From NCBI GenBank assembly GCA_964244895.1, contig CAXTKV010000094.1:1-19009 (forward strand): DNA of 19,009 nucleotides. The letters run 5' to 3'. The stretch's first letter is position 1; each line of letters opens with the position of its first letter. This document shows, in pieces, positions 16,175 to 19,009 of this stretch. This DNA is from an uncultured Deinococcales bacterium. GTDB taxonomy: Bacteria; Deinococcota; Deinococci; Deinococcales; JAAFIG01. Made by a program: the position numbers and the translations under genes. The notes under the pieces were generated by a model. The model worked only from the letters and a program-made list of their open reading frames with translations, searched no databases and was not told where the DNA came from.

Positions 16175-16245
16175 CTTCTCGATGCTTGAGCATCGAGAAG
16201 ACCGTCCAGCACAATGTAAAGATTTCGCGTCCTGGACGGTTTTTC
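16175..16245. repeat. 26-bp palindrome followed by an inverted pair of 25-bp family repeats
   Basis: CTTCTCGATGCT-TG-AGCATCGAGAAG (16175-16200); units 16196-16220 AGAAGACCGT-CCAGC-ACAATGTAAA and 16221-16245 GATTTCGCGT-CCTGG-ACGGTTTTTC. Confidence 0.8.
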
Positions 16246-16290
16246 TTACAGCGGCCTCCGCAAAGGTTGACGCGCGAAAAACCTGGCTCA

Positions 16291-16321
16291 CGCGAGAGCA
16301 ACCTTCATGATTGCCCTCGCG
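16291..16321 (+). repeat. REP-like hairpin, second copy of the 619-644 element
   Basis: CGCGAGAGCAA-CCTTCATGA-TTGCCCTCGCG; core is 18/20 identical to 625-644. Confidence 0.6.
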
Positions 16322-16376
16322 TGAACCCGTTCTCGAGACTGACTGTTACGAGAAGTCTATTTTTGAAGATGCACTT

Positions 16377-16401
16377 GTGGGGGCGGGTCTGTGACCCGTT
16401 C
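16377..16401 (+). repeat. REP-like hairpin GTGG-GGGCGGGTC-TGT-GACCCGTTC
   Basis: GTAG-like tetranucleotide followed by a 9-bp stem with two G-T pairs and a 3-nt loop. Confidence 0.45.
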
Positions 16402-16412
16402 AGAACGGCAAC

Positions 16413-16937
16413 TCACCAACTTCTGGCTTCGGCCTGTCGTCGCGGTCGGACGCGCCACCAGGCTCGAGCGCCCAGCACGAACAAGGCCAGCATGGGGATC
16501 GCGGCCAGCGCGTAAATCGGGATGCTGGGTGGCCCTGCGGGGCGCTCGAGCACCTTGATCGGCAGTCGGGCTTTGCCCTGACCATTGATCGTGATCTCGA
16601 GTTGCCAGGTTCCCTGTTGCGGGAACGCGACGGAATCGAATCCCCAGACGCTGCGGTCGCGCGGGAAGCGCGGCAGGCGATCCATCGCCATGTAAGTTTC
16701 GCCGTTGGGCTGGATGAACTTGACCTCGCCGGTCTTCTCGGCGATTCCGCCTTCGGTGGAAAAAGTGAAATCGAGCGAGCGTTCGGCTCTGGGCGGGAAC
16801 TCCGTGAAGTTGACACTGACGGTTTGCGCGCCGATTTTGAGGGTTTCGGTGTGAACCATTTGGGCGGCTCGAGTCACGCTCAAAGATCCCGTCACAATCG
16901 GGCAGAACATCGCCAGAACGATCAGGATTCGTTTCAC
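16413..16937 (-). CDS. Exported beta-rich protein with signal peptide and C-terminal membrane anchor
   Basis: MKRILIVLAMFC signal-like start; Ig/YtkA-like strand GTWQLEITING; Pro-rich linker, TM IPIYALAAIPMLALFVLGA, Arg-rich tail; GTG overlaps the upstream stop (GTGA). Confidence 0.8.
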   Translation of the reverse strand: MKRILIVLAMFCPIVTGSLSVTRAAQMVHTETLKIGAQTVSVNFTEFPPRAERSLDFTFSTEGGIAEKTGEVKFIQPNGETYMAMDRLPRFPRDRSVWGFDSVAFPQQGTWQLEITINGQGKARLPIKVLERPAGPPSIPIYALAAIPMLALFVLGARAWWRVRPRRQAEARSW

Positions 16938-18025
16938 GCGCCCACCTCGGTTCGGGTGTCAATCGTCGGGTTGACGTGGCGCATGACCACGCCGAACTGC
17001 CAGCCCAGCCACGCGCCCACCGCTCCGATCAGTCCGGCGACGATCAACAAGTACCAGTTGCTCACGACATCGATCAGGCTCGAGTCGAGGTAAATCGTGA
17101 TTCCGCCCAGTGCGCCACCGATCAGCACGAGCGGCGCGACCCGCCAGCCTCTGGCCTTGCCGAAGGCCAAGAGCGCCGCCATCAGCAAGCCCGCCACCGG
17201 CGCGAGCACGGGCATGATCGAGGGGATCTGCGGGATGCCATCGGTGGTGTCTCGCAGGCCGTAGCCGAGAGAATCCGCGTAGGCTTTCGTGATGATCGGG
17301 AAGAGCCACCAGAACAACCACCTGAAGGCGGTGAAGGCCAGCATCACCCAGAGCGCCGCCCACGGTCGGCGCGTGACGGACGCGCTGAAAGCCATGCCGA
17401 GCGGCAGCAGGAGCGCGGGCAAGGCCAGGAGCGGGATGATCCAGCCCAGTTCGCTGGCGGTCGCCATGATGAACGGCAGGCTGAAGCCGAGCGCCACCGC
17501 GACGCCCACGACCGTCTCAGGGACGCGAGGTTTGCGACCGCTGGCGAAGATCAGCGCGCAGCCGACCGTGCTCATCACGTCGCTCAGGATCAAGCCGACG
17601 TGCGGTGGGGAACTCAGCACCGCGTCGAAACCGAAAACCGTGTGCCACCACTGGTCAAACACGCCGAACAGCAGGAATCCGAACGCGCCGAAACCCGCGA
17701 TCACGAAACCGACCGGCGCGTGAAAGCGTCCGCCCAGCACGGGAATCCAGTCGGCGCGCCGCACATCCCTGGCGACCTGCGAGCAGAGCAGCACGGTGCT
17801 CAGGCAGGCCGCTCCAGTCAGGGCCGCACCCGCGTACACGAACAGGTGCGGCAGCGTCCAGAAGGTGTCCGGGCCGACATCGCCGTGCCATTGCACGTCC
17901 CAGCTCAGGCCAAAGAAGGTCACGATCACGCCCAGGAGCGTCAGCCACGCACCGATGCGTTCAAAACGCCGCCACTCGAGCGGGGACAACCTGGGGCTTT
18001 GGGGTTTGTTCAAGGTCGCATTCAT
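16934..18025 (-). CDS. Uncharacterised ~10-TM membrane protein with two PmoC/AmoC-like Asp/His metal motifs
   Basis: About 10 hydrophobic segments; motifs DVQWHGDVGPDTFWTLPH and DQWWHTVFGFDAVLSSPPH; SD GAGGT upstream of ATG 18025. Confidence 0.85.
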   Translation of the reverse strand: MNATLNKPQSPRLSPLEWRRFERIGAWLTLLGVIVTFFGLSWDVQWHGDVGPDTFWTLPHLFVYAGAALTGAACLSTVLLCSQVARDVRRADWIPVLGGRFHAPVGFVIAGFGAFGFLLFGVFDQWWHTVFGFDAVLSSPPHVGLILSDVMSTVGCALIFASGRKPRVPETVVGVAVALGFSLPFIMATASELGWIIPLLALPALLLPLGMAFSASVTRRPWAALWVMLAFTAFRWLFWWLFPIITKAYADSLGYGLRDTTDGIPQIPSIMPVLAPVAGLLMAALLAFGKARGWRVAPLVLIGGALGGITIYLDSSLIDVVSNWYLLIVAGLIGAVGAWLGWQFGVVMRHVNPTIDTRTEVGA

Positions 18026-18187
18026 AAAAAACCTCAATTTCTGGGTCGATGCGCGAGGGGCGTTGCGATACATCGAGCGGAGGCCAGAAAAGCTGGGTGC
18101 TGGTCGATCAAATCTTGGGCCAAGCTCAATTCACCAGCGCTCGATCTTCACGTTGAGCTTTCACTTTTCACCTTCACCAACAAACGC

Positions 18188-19009
18188 TCAGGGTCGGACG
18201 GTGATGCCGCCGTTGCTGGTCTCGAGCATCAGGCTGGCGCTGGCGGAACCGTCTTTGGTGGCGGTGAACTCCGTCCTGTCCTGCTGGACGTTGAATCCGG
18301 GCATCTGAAGGCTCAATCCGCCGTTCGAGGTGCTGCCCTCGACGCGCACGCCGTCCGGCCCCGTCAGTCCGATGATCTCGATGGAACCGTTCGAGGTCGT
18401 GGCGGTGCTCGAGGATCGCGCCGGAAGCACGGCGCGATCCAGCACGATGCCGCTGTTCGAGGTTTCGGCCTGCACGCGCCCTTCCACGCGCTCCAGGCGA
18501 ATGCGTCCGTTCGAGGTGCTGGCGTTGACCTCGCCGCGCGCGCCGCGAACGTCGATGCCGCCGTTGCTGGTTTCCAGCATCAGGCTGGCCGCGAGCGTAT
18601 CCCTGGCCGTGATCGCGCCGTTCGAGGTGTTCGCCGTCAACTTGCGCGCCGCGCCGATCACCTCGATGGCTCCGTTGCTGGTCTCGAGCTTCAATTCCAG
18701 ATGCTCCGGCACGGTCATTTCGACATCGATCTTGCAGCTCCAGCAGTTCTGCACCAGCGTTTTTCCGGTGATCGCGAAGGTGCTGCCGCGCCGTTCGGTT
18801 TTGACTTCGACCTTGCCGCGTTTGGTAATGGTCAGCTTCGGCTCGCCACCGCTGGTGACGCGGATGTGACCGTTGAAGATGTCGATCCGGAACAATTCAA
18901 AAAGGCGATCATCAAACGTGAGGTGCGACGCGAATCTGACCTCGGTGGTCACTTGCTGAGCGACAAAGAAAAAGAGAAAAAAACTGCAGACACCGCGGCC
19001 ATGAATTAC
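18188..19009 (-). CDS. DUF4097-family beta-strand repeat protein; start uncertain, frame open to the window edge
   Basis: Eight xTSN(G/S) repeats, DVEMTVP motif; the frame stays open upstream of GTG 18952 through a hydrophobic FFLFFFVA stretch. Confidence 0.85.
   Translation of the reverse strand, partial: VIHGRGVCSFFLFFFVAQQVTTEVRFASHLTFDDRLFELFRIDIFNGHIRVTSGGEPKLTITKRGKVEVKTERRGSTFAITGKTLVQNCWSCKIDVEMTVPEHLELKLETSNGAIEVIGAARKLTANTSNGAITARDTLAASLMLETSNGGIDVRGARGEVNASTSNGRIRLERVEGRVQAETSNSGIVLDRAVLPARSSSTATTSNGSIEIIGLTGPDGVRVEGSTSNGGLSLQMPGFNVQQDRTEFTATKDGSASASLMLETSNGGITVRP

Noticed and set aside
678..16245. 25-bp palindromic repeats as mini CRISPR arrays
   Set aside because: Only 1-3 degenerate units per locus, pair linkers of 0-11 nt, copies scattered over many gaps, and no cas genes.
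16413..18025. Calling the pair a true methane/ammonia monooxygenase (pmo/amo)
   Set aside because: No PmoA-like gene, the partner lacks the PmoB N-terminal His and HxH, and the similarity I can see is limited to the two metal motifs.
18122..18160. AAGCTCAA/TTGAGCTT inverted repeat as an intrinsic terminator of the DUF4097 gene
   Set aside because: AT-rich 8-bp stem with a 23-nt loop and no U-tract on the minus strand.
1..19009. tRNA, rRNA, riboswitch, IS/transposase or prophage
   Set aside because: No recognisable signatures; intergenic space is largely accounted for by short repeats and promoters. A covariance-model search was not possible.

Overview
GC-rich chromosomal window, probably from a Deinococcota (Deinococcus-Thermus) organism, judged from Thermus-like HemC/TrmH sequences and -10 boxes directly upstream of start codons. 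Gene order: truncated hypothetical (+), GNAT (-), HemC homologue (-), PatA-like DUF4388-receiver protein (+), stand-alone pseudo-receiver (-), trmH (-), DUF5693 membrane protein (-), a myo-inositol catabolic operon (iolI-like, iolD, iolE, iolC, iolG, iolG-like, iolB, DeoR regulator) (+), a coupled pair of uncharacterised membrane genes (-) and a DUF4097 protein (-). No RNA gene, transposase or CRISPR array was seen. Main observations: (1) the ~10-TM protein at 16934-18025 carries two D-x3-H...H motifs spaced exactly like the CuC and CuD copper sites of PmoC/AmoC, with an exported membrane-anchored partner but no pmoA/pmoB; (2) the HemC homologue has an intact frame but has lost its cofactor-attachment Cys and several active-site residues; (3) a ~25-bp palindromic repeat (ARAACACCGT-N5-ACGGTGTTYT) occupies 9 of 11 larger intergenic gaps, mostly as pairs ~25 or ~35 bp apart; (4) CTCGAG is roughly ten-fold over-represented and is entangled with the repeats, with heptamer tandems and with a receiver Asp-to-Glu change. 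All counts and alignments were done by eye.
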